Source of the DNA: Styela clava
Lineage: Eukaryota
Assembly (NCBI RefSeq): GCF_964204865.1
Contig: NC_135254.1
Location: 10,664,001-10,728,000 of the forward strand
Length of the DNA: 64,000 nt
Direction: 5' to 3'
In this document: positions 12,501-24,996 of the stretch, piece after piece
How positions within the stretch are numbered: position 1 is the first letter of the stretch
How the letters are laid out: each line of letters opens with the position of its first letter
Made by a program: the position numbers and the translations under genes
Notes under the pieces: generated by a model
What the model was told of the DNA's origin: nothing
What the model saw: the letters and a program-made list of their open reading frames with translations, nothing else
Databases searched by the model: none

Positions 12501-15099
12501 AAGTCAAAAATAAAGAGAAGCGGTAATATAGGGACTATTTAAAATTTTTTGGAATATTAGCTATTTTATCACCTTTTGATTAGAGCGAATAGCATAGTTA
12601 AAGGCAACGGCGTTGAGTCAGTGGAAACATTCGTAACATAATTACAAAAAGACGTGTGTTCGACGTGACTTATGTGAAAGAGTTTAACAGAGCCCATTGT
12701 TCATTTCCCAATCTCTTTTTAGCATTAATTGTAATAAATGGTCAGTTTTCGGGAAATGAAGACGTAATAATATAAATTTAAAATGAGTTTTCCATTCTCA
12801 CCTAGTTGAGTCGGAGCTGTGTTCATAAAGGCACAGGTAGCGGATGGCGTGCATATCTAAAAACAACGTTCAAATTGTTCATTCGGCATGCAAGTATTTT
12901 AACCGAGCTAACTATAATAAACAAGCATTTTGAACGGAAAGTCAATCATAATAAGTTATATATCTAAAACAAGTTTACTTCAGACTGTGTTGCCGTGTCA
13001 TTGCATGAGTATGGACCAATTCTTCCGCTGTCAACACAAGTTCGGTTACGCTGTCTTATTCCCGGGCATTCACAACTTCCCCAAGACTCCAATGATCCCT
13101 AGTTCCAGCCTGCAGAAACATACAAAGAAAAATAGGAGGTATATTCTTTACAACTAAGTATTCTGGATCAATTTTTTATCAGTAAATGTAAATCAAGGTG
13201 AACTGTTAATACAGTATGAGCGGCAGAAACAATAGCATAGATGTGCAAGGTATATAAGTAGTGATAAGATCAAAAACAGTTAGATAGTTTTGCTTGCAGT
13301 AAATTTATGATATTGTGAAACTGCTTTCTTTAAACATAATTTATCCAGTTAAATTTAAAATATTGGACCCAGATAACCCAATTCTCAATTTTTCTTAAGA
13401 GTATTTGCTCAAAGCAAAGTTAGTCGCACTCATTCGGAATAAAGAATACTAGTATCTGATAAATATACGGGCGGTAGCTAAAATGCCAAGTGTCACTGCA
13501 ATTATACAGTATTTCGTTGGTGCAATAAACACCAGCGGATGCCTGCTGATGCGTTACTACAAGCAGTTCAAATTAATGCTATAATGAGCATAATCATGGG
13601 CAGTAACTCTTGACATGGTTACAATTTATCAAATTGGCGTTAAAATATATAAATAGGTATTTGCAAAAAGATTTTGACTCTTGTGTTTTACAAAGTTCAG
13701 ACGACCATTTATTGCATAAAAGATTAGTCCGTATTCACAAAAAATATATAATCTACAAATTAAGTATAAATTTATTACAAACAAATGTTATTACCGATTA
13801 ATCGTTGACAGACAAATCCAGTTGGTAAATTCGCAGCGCAATCGACGTCAGACCACGGTAGATTTGCAATATACGTGTGAAACCACCCTATAGCACCACA
13901 AGGTTGGGGTCTCCCACTAGAAGGTTCTCCTGCGTTCCAGTTAGTGTAGGTTAGTTCTGAATTGTCATTCCATATGAAGGTATTACTTGTGCCAACTTCC
14001 TTTAAGCCAATATAAAATCCATATGGTGTTCCTGTAAGTGTAGACAATAAAATGCTGTAGAGCAGGGTTTGTCAAACTGGGGCCCTCGGGCCCGCGGTAC
14101 GTGTTGACTGCACAGAGAGTCCGCAACGATATGAAAAGATTGTGATTGATCTTTAACGATTGATCTTAATCAACAAGTCATAGCATCTTTTTGGTTCAGC
14201 TTTGTGGACAAATATTGCAGTCAGTAAAAGCGATTTCAATTTCATTGCTATTTGCGACGATCTACATTGTGAGGCAGCATTTTTAGCTCTTACCAATATG
14301 ATGACAAAATACAAGTCGAGACTTGTCGTATAATCGAACCTACAAGTTTACTAGTCACAAATTGCTCAAGAATCGATAAATTGAGCAGTGAAAAGCATTA
14401 TTACCGTTTATGTTGTTATGTTGACAAAACAAATTCTTTCCCCGTTGGTTAGGCGCAAAAACTGATACGGGGTCTGTCAAACCTAAGATTCACAAATAGG
14501 GGTCAGACCCAAAAAGTTTGGGAAACCCTGCTTTAGAGTAATAAAAAGTTTTGTCGTGTGTAATATTTGTTGAATGTAAACATCACTGGTTGGAACTGTT
14601 GGAGATAAATGAAACTATATTCTTATATATGACGACTGACGAATTAAACAATTCTCAAACAAACGTATGGAGTATTCTAACGCAAATCCTAAAACGCACG
14701 AACAAAGATTCTAATGATCATAACGTTAAATACTCTTAAGCAAATTCATTCCGGGATCTGGGGTAAAGCGTAAAATGTCCTGTTTACCTGAGGTAGCTGA
14801 GACTTGATTCTGAATAAACGTTTGAATCTCGCTAGTTTTTATCATTGCCATCTCACCATCATTGTTTTTACAGAATGTTTCACCATCAGCATATGATTTT
14901 ATATCTCCATTTCCAGATACGTAGTATTGGTAACTTCCAAATGCATTCCACTCACCTCTACCTGGTCGCAAAAATAAAGAGTTTATCAATCAGCACATAC
15001 TTTGAAAGACATGATAATATATAATATATGCCAACCTGCGCTAACGACGGCAACCATCCAAGCAAATATTCCAACGAATATCAAACGTTGTTCTTTCAT
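9578..15099 (-). pseudogene. B1: SP-CTL-TSP1-CTL-TSP1-stalk-TM-tyrosine tail receptor with a premature stop
   Basis: Exons 15099-15036, 14961-14788, 14031-13795, 13109-12979, 12856-12802, 12375-12202, 11820-11572, 11124-10997, 10607-10403, 10262-10157, 9860-9578 all join in frame. TAG at 13101-13099 replaces the TGG present in A2. TM is LLVSIVSSIVTLILAAILFGIGLLI. Confidence 0.82.
14063..14530. mobile_element. hAT (Charlie-like) MITE in B1 intron 2, longer form
   Basis: Ends CAGGGTTTGTCAAACT / AGTTTGGGAAACCCTG, flanked by CTGTAGAG / CTTTAGAG (8-bp TSD, 1 mismatch). Confidence 0.85.
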
Positions 15100-16508
15100 T
15101 TCCGCGGCTAATTATCTAACATTTCTAACTTTCTTAACCCGTACAATTCTGATTTAAATCCAAAAATTGAATAAAACGAGATTGATATATACCAGATAAG
15201 CAAAACTAACGACATAAACTTTCCATGACAATACTAAAACATCAAAAGCTATGAATCGATTAGATAACACTACTAAATATGTACAAAGCAAATAATACAA
15301 TTCATAATACTTTATGCAATACTTAGGAATGAATGATTTGATTGCCCACAATAGCACTAAATGTAATTATTCAAAAATCTTCGATATTATTTTCAGTACA
15401 CTGCAAATAATTATCAAATTTCTAGCCGCATTAATTTCAGTTTCAGAAGAGTAATGTAGATGAAACCCTAATTCGACTTGCCAGGATGAAATCATAAGCA
15501 ATATGATCTGACAGTTCTTACTATTCAATATTTAGGCGTAATATGAGTAATGAGGTTAACATTTTTACACATGTTAAAATAAAGCGTTTGTGGGGGACAG
15601 AAAGAGTAAAACTTACTGTCATGAGTTGGACATTTCCATAACCTTTTAGTTACAACGTTTTTAAATGACAGCAAAGAGATGATTAATGACGAATATGCTG
15701 CAGAAGAAGATACCTATTACAAAGCTAATTAGCAATGTTATAATATTATCTAGTCACTTATGTTCGTGTTATATATTGAGCAAACCTTATTCATACAGAA
15801 ACATAGTGGCATTTTAAAAAATGACAAAACTCGGATATCAAAATGTAAAAATTATAACAGAGTTGGCCCAATGCTATTTAGTTGAGATTTGAACGAAACA
15901 ATTAGTTTCTATCCTAAAAATAAATATATGTTTTATATTTTAATGTGAATAAAAATAATATCGTTTAGTGCCATTTCACACACATTTGGTTTTCATAAAT
16001 AAATAGTGAGAAATTGAAATTGCAAAACTCCTAAATGCAAGTATATACAAGTGTTATAGTGATCACTGACTCAGAGAAATCTTTATGCGGTAATGTAATC
16101 AATACGGATAAGTGTGTCTTTTGATGCATTATAATAAAACCGTTAAACTTGAGATGAGATAGCGGGTGCTACAGAATTTAGAGGTAATGTTAAAGACATA
16201 ATATATATAAGCAACGGCATTCTTGCGGTTTTGCAATGTTTAGGTACTGGGAATCAGAAATCGATTAGTTGGAGTTCAATTACGACAAAATAGCCTTTGG
16301 ATTCATCACTACAACATCGACAACAACAGTAATTTAGAAAAACGATTTATATGTTCATTTCGTGTTCATAATTTGCACGGGGCAATATTCAAATAACTAT
16401 TTTTGATTGTTACTTTAGATTTCAAGATTAGACACCGGGCTGTCATCATCTGCGTGCCAACAACAAACGGCCCGTCAGGCGATAATGTTACTTGAGCATA
16501 GCGATTAA

Positions 16509-16598
16509 TTAGACTTCTTTTGTCACAATGACATATTCATCACCTTCGGGACCAATAACTGTCCTTTGTATTCTTTTCTGCCTTCGGACTGCCGTGGT
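16509..16598 (-). pseudogene. C1: last ~30 codons of receptor C tail; rest deleted
   Basis: TTAVRRQKRIQRTVIGPEGDEYVIVTKEV* matches 42790-42701. The flank joins directly to sequence found at 44923 in unit 2. Confidence 0.7.
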
Positions 16599-18508
16599 AA
16601 GTAAATTTTTGGTGCTATCTAAACCTATATTCTGCAAATTTTTCAATTTATATTCACAGTATTGCAAAACTCTTACTTGTAAATTCCATGACACATAAGG
16701 TCCAGTAGAAAAAGAAGAATTGCATTTCTACCTTTACGTCAACATATATATTAAAATCTCAATAATAACTTGAAATCCCTTTTTATTTTGAACAACCAAT
16801 CAAAACTTTTGCGCACGTGTATCCAGCTCAAATCATTTTATCCAGCCTCCTACCAACCCTATCCAATCGTCTTATTTCACAGACCTACAAAATAATGCAT
16901 GTTCTGTTACTTCCCTGTATTGCCCTATTTTAAAGATATTAAAACTTTAATCCTCCTCAGCGATTAATGAACAGAATTTATGTATGCAAAATAGATATAT
17001 TTTTCATGAAATCTAGACATCCCACTCGTTTACATTATTTGTTTTGACGTGTTTTATATACGTTGTTTCTACATCACCACGCTTTCCTATTCTTGCTAAT
17101 ATACGTACATGCATGCAGCTATACGTTATGTTGTTTTGAGTCGATAAATTTATAACAAGACATTTACACAATTTGAATTATATGACAAAAAGATGGTGAA
17201 ACTTTCAGAGATCTTACAGTAAGTTTCTCATTGTTCAGACTTGTTCTGGCATATGTAACACCAAAGTAATCAATTGTATTGGTTGACAAGAGCCCTCTCC
17301 TAAATTTATTGTATGTTTTTCCACATATGTGACTTTTGGTTGAATACAACTATATAAAATTAAACTCAGTTACTTTGTAGCTCCATTCATGAATCGTGGT
17401 TGAGCCTAACAAATCTTGTAACATGGCCCTGATTAGGTAACAAAATTTGGACAAATAATAGCTGTGACCTCCAAGTCAGGAAGTTTGATTAAAATTTATA
17501 TCAATTTACAATGAAAGGTATATATGTGAAGGTAAACTAGTAATATATATTTGCGAAATGCGTTTTAAATTCAATGTTCGATAAAAAATAAATTCAAATT
17601 AGTTAGTAAAATTCTCTGACCAAGTTTATTGCATATATATATTTGAATAAATGTCAAATTCTAACACGATTGTCAGCTCTACCACTAGAGAATCAGATGA
17701 AATTTAGTTTTGCATATTTCATACCTTTATTGGGAGATTTGATAGACAAAACGGAAAAGCTAGATTTGATAAAAATACCCATCGATTAAATAAAATTGGT
17801 AGTGTAAATTTTTATAGATTGGAATGAAATACTGTTACTATGACGAAAAAGGCAATGCTATGCATGATTGAAAAGTATGGATTCAACTTTATTTATGGAA
17901 TCTGTAAATAAAATATAAAGCAGTATAAGGCAGAACAGCGTAACATATTCGAAAACTAAAAAATAGTCAAAATTTACGGTAAAAATAACTTGAAAAACCC
18001 TTCCAGATAACCAGACAAATGAATATTGTTCCCAATACATGTTTATATCATAGCATCAAAGTAGATATAGTTTGGTAAAGATTTAAACAACGAAGGCGTT
18101 TTGTCTAATAACCGATCCGGGTCCGATCTGTAAATAGTTAACCAAGTAATCATTGAAGTAATCAAATGTTTCATTGAAGAAGAATATCATGACAATTTTC
18201 TAAGTTTCGTTCACACCTTCAATGAAAATAACGCTTTGGTAAAGCAGTTTGAATTGGATTGTTCAAATTCATAATTATTTTACAAAATCAATAAAGTATA
18301 TTCATTGTGAATTTAACTTATATATTGGTACTAAGTTGATATTTTTGTCAGTTTTCTTTTGTAAATTGTCGACCTTGGGGCGAAGTTGTTGAACCTTCAT
18401 CATTTAATCAATTTAAAACAAACTTCAAATTTACTATCGTAAAGTTAATAATTGGTATTCGAAAATACCTTTTCAAAAAACAAAGCAGGAGCAGTTTATA
18501 GTCAACCC

Positions 18509-18725
18509 GGGGCGCTCCAGAGGTGTGTGTACCAATATGGAAGTAGTTAATTTTGTTCGCCTACTTTACATCAAGTTTTGTGAAGGTACTGAAACCTGTG
18601 GGCAAAGGGCATGTTAACTTGACTAACACAGACAATCCCAAGTTCGTAATACAAACAAATAAAAGGGAAATCGGGATAAAATTATGGCCTAACCCTAACC
18701 TGGTACACACACTACGGTAGTAGCC
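18509..18725. mobile_element. Old MITE-like element downstream of A1 (counterpart at about 46928-47593)
   Basis: Subterminal inverted repeat GTGTGTGTACCA / TGGTACACACAC and an internal CCTAACCCTAACC motif. Termini are degenerate and no clear TSD is seen. Confidence 0.55.
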
Positions 18726-18891
18726 AACCAGATGTATAATATATTAGATAATCAACAGTTACTTCCAGAAGCAACATGGCTCGTAGTTAGGTAAGCATTA
18801 GTAGGTTTATTCATCAGTCTGAACCTGTTTTTCTGCTACTAATCCAATAAATATGTAATATTGATTATAGTTTAATTTAACTTTCCCATCC

Positions 18892-21800
18892 TTATTTAAT
18901 GTTGTCAATATTTGCATATGGATCATCGTTTACTTCAATGTCAGCCCCTTCGGCATCTCCCGTGACATCGGAATTCTGATCTGTTTCAGGTTTATTGATC
19001 GTTGCATAAGTTACTTCATTGAAGTTTGAAGAATCATCTTTTCTGGGTTTCTGTACAACAAGGGTCACTTTATTGTCGTCTCCATCTGAAGATGTTTCCT
19101 GTTTCACGGGTTCTTTCGATTTGGTCTTCTGCACGGTAGCGTAAGTCGGACTAGGCACTAGCTTTTCATCAAAAGAATTTTCTGGTTGCGACATTTTTTT
19201 AGAATCCTCAACATAGTGCTTTTGAACCGTTGCGTAAACCACAGGGGAGTTCTCGTCAGGGTAACCAGAAACATTACATTTTTCACTCATTTTTTGCTTA
19301 TCAACAACAGCGTATTGAGTTTCTGATACATCTGCCGCATCCAAATCTTTTGAGAATTTGGATACCTTTTTCGAATTTGTCTTGTTTACAGCAGTATATA
19401 AAGCATTGTCGTTGCCTTCTGTGGTCACATCGTTTATCTGATTCTGATGGTTATCGGCAATGGCGTAGAGGGAATCTTGCCCGTTTGATGAGTCAACTTG
19501 ATCTTCGGGTAAGAGAGAATTATTGTCTGCGTGTCCATCAGGGTTTGCAAACGTCTGATAACGAAGAGTTTCCGTATTTTGAGAATTGTCTCGACCTGAT
19601 TCCACATCTTCGGGATCTGTAGCAGTAAAACATGTTAGTGATATATATTAATATGAATCAGCTGTTTTGACACACTTGAAGCATTTTCGTTTGGAGGAGT
19701 TGGAAAATAGGTCGGAGCCATTCAGATTAACTGACTACATTTGGATACGGACTCATACACCCTATTACCTACTCGAGTTACTTATATTAATATAATAAAC
19801 CAAAACTGAATGCATGATGAAGTTCATTAGAAACAACAATTATGAATTGTTACTGGAAAGATTCTATTTAGTATAGGTTGGTATCGTTGCAACAGGTTGT
19901 GAGTTAAATGTAACATCTTATCTTGTTTTACGCTTCTCTGTGTAGTATTCCTATATGCTATATATTCTCAATATATTTCCCACAAAATCACTTTTTTCCC
20001 ATTAGGCATATAGCTCAAATAAGATAATCATATGTTGCACATTTTGGGGGCTCCCGAAGTATGCGAACCAAGATGGCGGACATCGGAATGTAATATGTGT
20101 ATTAGGTTAAGGTTAGGCCATAATATTAGGTATAAATACTACGGGAGGCTCTTGGCTAGTCTTCGAACTGATAATAGGACTAAAATGAGGAAAATTGGAA
20201 AAAAATTATCGCCTAACCCTAACCTGTTACCCATGTTACGTTCCGATGTCCGCCATCTTGGTTCGCATACTTCGGGAGCACCCCTTTTTGTTTGTCATAC
20301 ATTTACTAGCATGTGGTGGACAGTAAAGTATAAGAATTCATCAACGCAGGTAGAATACGTTGACGTAATACTTTAAATGAAGTTACATTAACTTACGATC
20401 TGACATTATATCTCTCGAATTAAGTTGATTTTCCATTTCTAAATCTTTATGGTAATTGCAACGATCTCCTGTGTTTATGATTCCGCGGCCTCTTCTGAAA
20501 GCAAAACTTTAGATTGTATGCATTCTCGGTGAAATGAGTAAACCCTTAAAAAGATATTTGGTATTTTTTCACTATTCATAAAAGATGTAATGTCATAATG
20601 TTGGGTATATTACCTTTTTTTGAGTTGCTTTGAAAGTATAAAAACAATGATAAGCGCTAAAAGAAGACACCCTCCGATAGTTCCCACGACTGGTCCAATG
20701 ATTGATGTTTGTGCAGCGGGTGTAAATGAACGAAGAATTCCAATCGTCGAAATGTCAGGAATTTCTGTGTGAGATAATATAGGAATTAATATCAGTACAA
20801 TATAAATGATCAGAAATCTAATTTAATACATTATGTTCATTTAACACATTTTTGCGAGCTGAAATTGAATTTAAAATATTTTGCAACGCTCACATTTGAA
20901 AATTAATCGTACGAAAGTTATTTGACTGCTTCATCATGATGTTATACATTTGAACATTCTAATTGGTCTTTTGATCGATGAACAAATGTTGGCCACGTTC
21001 TCGCGTGCATTTTAATAAATGACTCAATTGTAGAAAAGGTGAAACTGATTGTATAAACTTATTATTTGTTATGGCAATGCTGTTATAATCATCCCACGTT
21101 ACGTTTGTTGAAATTATTTGAGTTTGGTTTAAGGAGGATTTTGTCAATATTAACTCTGATCAAATATAGATTGTTGCTTTCATGCAGCTACTAGTATAGG
21201 ATCAAGCCATAAAATTATAAATTGCTGTTATTTTGCGCGTTGCGTGTTGATTGCTACTAGATTCTGGATTGGTAATGACTGTAGAATTCTGCTCAAAGCA
21301 TGTAGTGGCGGCAGTAGACGTAGAATCAGTGTTTGTGGGAGTAGAATCAGATTGAGTAATTCTTCCGGTGGTTGTTTTCATTACCGTTGTTGCTGTAGAC
21401 AAAATTGGCGATGTGACTTCACAATTATTTCATTGACTCGTTTCGTACGTTGATTGTATAATTGTACTTGTAGGGATAGTGGTTTCCAGTGAGCTACTTG
21501 GTATTTCACCGCTACCGAAAGTTGTCATTTCACTTGCCGTCGTCGTCCTCTTCTCATTTATCTGTGTGAGAGACATGGTTGAAGGCCCTGTAATCATCGT
21601 GCTTTCCGTATTAAAAACGTGGCTGTTCGGCGATCTGGATAGTTGAATGGGTAAAAATTTATGCCCGTTCCTTCAGTGCTATTAATTTTAAATTAAGATG
21701 TGAATTAAAAAGTCACTGTCGTCATTTGGTCTTCTTCCGTGCCTGCAAATGAAGAAGAAGTGCCTTGCAAGTTAAAGTTTGCGTTTGCCACAACATACAC

Positions 21801-23738
21801 ACCGGTAGTCATGGTAGTCATTACTTCGGTGGGTTCTTCGTTTGTTGACGAGGTGGTTAACTCATCAGCAGTTGTAGTTAATGGAGATGTTGTTTCCGCA
21901 ACAGTAGTGGTATAACAAGTTGGGTCTTTTGTACAATTTGCAGTCTGTTAAAAATATTAAATCAAACTAAAAGAAAATTGAAATTGATCAGTATAATTAC
22001 AATTCCCAAGCATGGCTTTAAATGGCAAAAGTTTCTGTAACATACCCAGAAAGCATTAATATTTTCAATATACACAGGTTATGATATACAATAGTATCAC
22101 TCTGATTCTTCCACCGCCAAAACGATTTGATCATGCCGTGGAAATAAGTTCTACGCTATACGCTATATTATTTTGAGGTTCAAGATCATCTCTAACATGC
22201 TAAAGTAGATTATTCCGAATGAAGAATGCCATCACTTTATAACGTGGTTACTCGAGAATGAAAAACTATCATTCATTATAGCTGTGTATAAATTTGACAT
22301 TGAGTTCAATCTACACTGCAGTACAAAATTGCAGATAAAATAAACAACCACGACGACAAGAAAATTATAAAATGTACACATTAAATATTTAGCTTCTTCA
22401 TACCTCATTGTGACTGCCAACGCAGGCATCGGGCCCTGTTCGCGGAGAATTGATGCAAGTGCGATTTCTCAATTTGATTATGGTTGAGCAGTTACATTCA
22501 CTCCAAGAAGACCAGGTTCCCCAGTATTTACCTATATTGGAACTGTTATTTTTTATAAATGCAATCAGCTAGATAGTAATATACCTAAATATACAATGGG
22601 GGTGGTTCAGCAAAGTTCGCATTGACTATGAAGTCAATGTCATTAAAATATATAAATATTTATTTGTATAAAGAAATAGGAATTGAGTGGCAAATTTAGT
22701 ATACATTTATTACAAACAAAGTTTTTTACCGATTACTCGTTGACAGACAAATCCAGTTGGCGAATTCTTAGCGCATTCGACGTCATACCACGGTAGATTT
22801 GCAAAATACGCGTTAAACCACCCCATAGCAACACACGGTTCAGGTTTATCACTAGACGGTTCTCCTGAGTTCCAGTTAGTGTAAGTTAGTTCCGAATTGT
22901 CATTCCATATGAAGGTATTGTTTGTGCCAACTTCCTTTAATCCAATATAAAATCCATAGGGTTGTCCTGTAGACAATAAAATGCTTTAAAGCAGAATTTC
23001 CCAAACTGGGGTCTTTTAGCTAAATTGAGCAGTAAAAGCATTAATGACGTGTGTGTTGCTGCATTAATGAAACATTATCCTTCCTCATCTTTCCTCCTGG
23101 TTAGATACATAAATTGATGCGGCATATGATAGGGGTCCGACAATACTAAGATTCACAAATAGGGGTACGCGACTTAAAAAGTTTGGGAAACCCTGCTTCA
23201 GATTAATGGAAAGTGATGTAAGGTTGTATGTAAACATGGCTGGTTAGGACTGTTGGACATAATTGAAAAGAGGTGCAAATATGTAAAGACTGACGAATTC
23301 TCAGACAAACGTATTGAGAATTCTAACCCAAATCACGAAACGCATGAACAAAGATAAAGACCATAATGTTAAATAACCTTAAGCAAATTCATTTCGGGAT
23401 TTGAGGTAAAACGTGAAATGTCCTGTTTACCTGAGGTAGCTGAGACTTGATTCTGAATAAACGTTTGAATCTCGCTAGTTTTTATCATTGCCATCTCACC
23501 ATCATTGTTTTTACAGAATGTTTCACCATCAGCATATGGTTTTATATCTTTTTCTCCAGATACGTAGTATTGGTAACTTCCAAATGCATTCCAATTACCT
23601 CTACCTTGTCGTAAAATAAAGAGTTTATGAATGAGCACATAACTTGAAAGACATGATATATAATAGATACCAACCTGCGCTAACGACAGCAATCATCCAA
23701 GCAAATAATCCAATGTATATAATAGGTTTCTTATTCAT
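18892..23738 (-). CDS. A1: SP-CTL-TSP1-S/T stalk-TM-ITIM/ITSM tail receptor (about 572 aa)
   Basis: Exons 23738-23675, 23604-23431, 22966-22730, 22531-22404, 21944-21803, 20764-20614, 20494-20397, 19616-18892 total 1719 nt, open. TSP1 WGTWSSWSEC...RNRTC; TM IIGPVVGTIGGCLLLALIIVFIL; tail TQYAVV, VVYATV, VTYATI. The donor at 21803 (G|GTGTGT) is inferred from phase. Confidence 0.85.
20046..20284. mobile_element. MITE with long TIRs in an A1 intron
   Basis: GCTCCCGAAGTATGCGAACCAAGATGGCGGACATCGGAA at the left end and its reverse complement at the right end, with T-runs on both flanks. Absent at the paralogous A2 site (about 49310). Confidence 0.9.
22992..23195. mobile_element. Short hAT-type MITE in A1 intron 2
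   Basis: Same termini and intron position as 20-223. Confidence 0.75.
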
Positions 23739-24916
23739 TTCCGCGGCTAAATATATAACATTTCTAACTTTCCCCATAACATTACAATTTGAATACGAAA
23801 ATGGAAATAAAACAAGAATGGTGTGTATTTGCGAGCTGAGAACGTTTTCATCTTCTTCATCAAAAAATGAGAATATTTAAAATAGTGTTTGGTTAGGTTT
23901 GAAAACAACTAACAAAAAATTTGTCTATATATTGTGAATTAACGCTCTGACCGTGAATGCAGCTATGTATTTATTCAGCAGAGAACCCTGCGGAAAACTA
24001 ACGACATGAACTTTTCTTGACAATATTAAAACATCAAAAGCTATGGACCGATTATATACCACTACTAAATTTCTTCCAAAGCTAATAATACAACTTTATG
24101 CAATACTTATGAATGGGTGATTTGTTTGCCCACAATAACATTGAATATAATTATTCGAAAATCTTCGATACTATTTTGAGTACACTGCGACTAATTATCA
24201 AATTTCTATCCACATTACTTTCAGTATCAGAAGAATGATGCAGCTGAAACCTTAATTAGACTCGCCAGGATGAAATTATAAGCAATATGATATAGCATTT
24301 GTTAGATCAGTCAGTTAGATCTGACAGTTCTTATCTTACAATAACTAAGTCTAATATGAGTAATAAAGGTAATATTTTTATAAATGAAAACATAAATAAA
24401 ATTTTTGTGGGGGACAGAATGAAACTTCCTATTACGAGTGGGATGTTTCAATAACCTTTAAAGAAAAGATTAACGACGAATATGCTTCAGAAGACGAAAC
24501 CTATTACAAAGCTACTTAGCAATGTTATAGCATTATTCAGTCACTTATGTTCGTGTTATATATTGAGCAAAGCTTATTCATATAGAAACATCGTGGCATA
24601 TTAAAAACTGATAACACGCAGATATCGTATTGTGGAAAATTAACAGGGTTGGCCTAATACTATTTATTGGAATTTCTACGCAACAATTAGTTAATATTCT
24701 GAAAATACCTGAATTATATTTTAATATACGAATTGTTTCGAATATTGGCCGAATTGTTTTCATATGATATTCTTGATTCTGGTTTCACCAATCAAATCAA
24801 TTTATTCGCCTATGTTGAAAATAATATTTTTTCATCGTCTGTTCGTCCTTGTGGTATATGACTAGGAACTCACAAAATAAATATTATTCATTTCACTACT
24901 GACACATATAAACACT

Positions 24917-24996
24917 TGAATGAATGAATGAATGAATGAATGAATGAATGAATGAATGAATGAATGAATGAATGAATGAATGAATGAATGAATGAA
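24917..24996. repeat. (TGAA)20 microsatellite in the A1/V2 divergent intergenic region
   Basis: Perfect tetranucleotide run. Only 2-3 imperfect units at the paralogous sites (about 1833 and 55655). Confidence 0.95.

Larger units (their letters stand above)
787..23737. repeat. Tandem segmental duplication unit 1 (A0 ATG to A1 ATG, about 23 kb)
   Basis: Exons, introns and intergenic DNA recur colinearly. V ATGs at 3203/26284/57036, B ATGs at 15099/41273, A ATGs at 787/23738/54719. Confidence 0.92.

Noticed and set aside
18688-18700. CCTAACCCTAACC as an interstitial telomere repeat
   Set aside because: Only about two units, and it is an internal motif of MITEs (also at 20212 and 47556).
19230-19622. 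Plus-strand ORFs opposite receptor exons (also 10332-10611, 21244-21453, 39629-39970, 50432-50653)
   Set aside because: Antisense shadows of minus-strand coding or Thr-rich sequence; not conserved as ORFs between copies.
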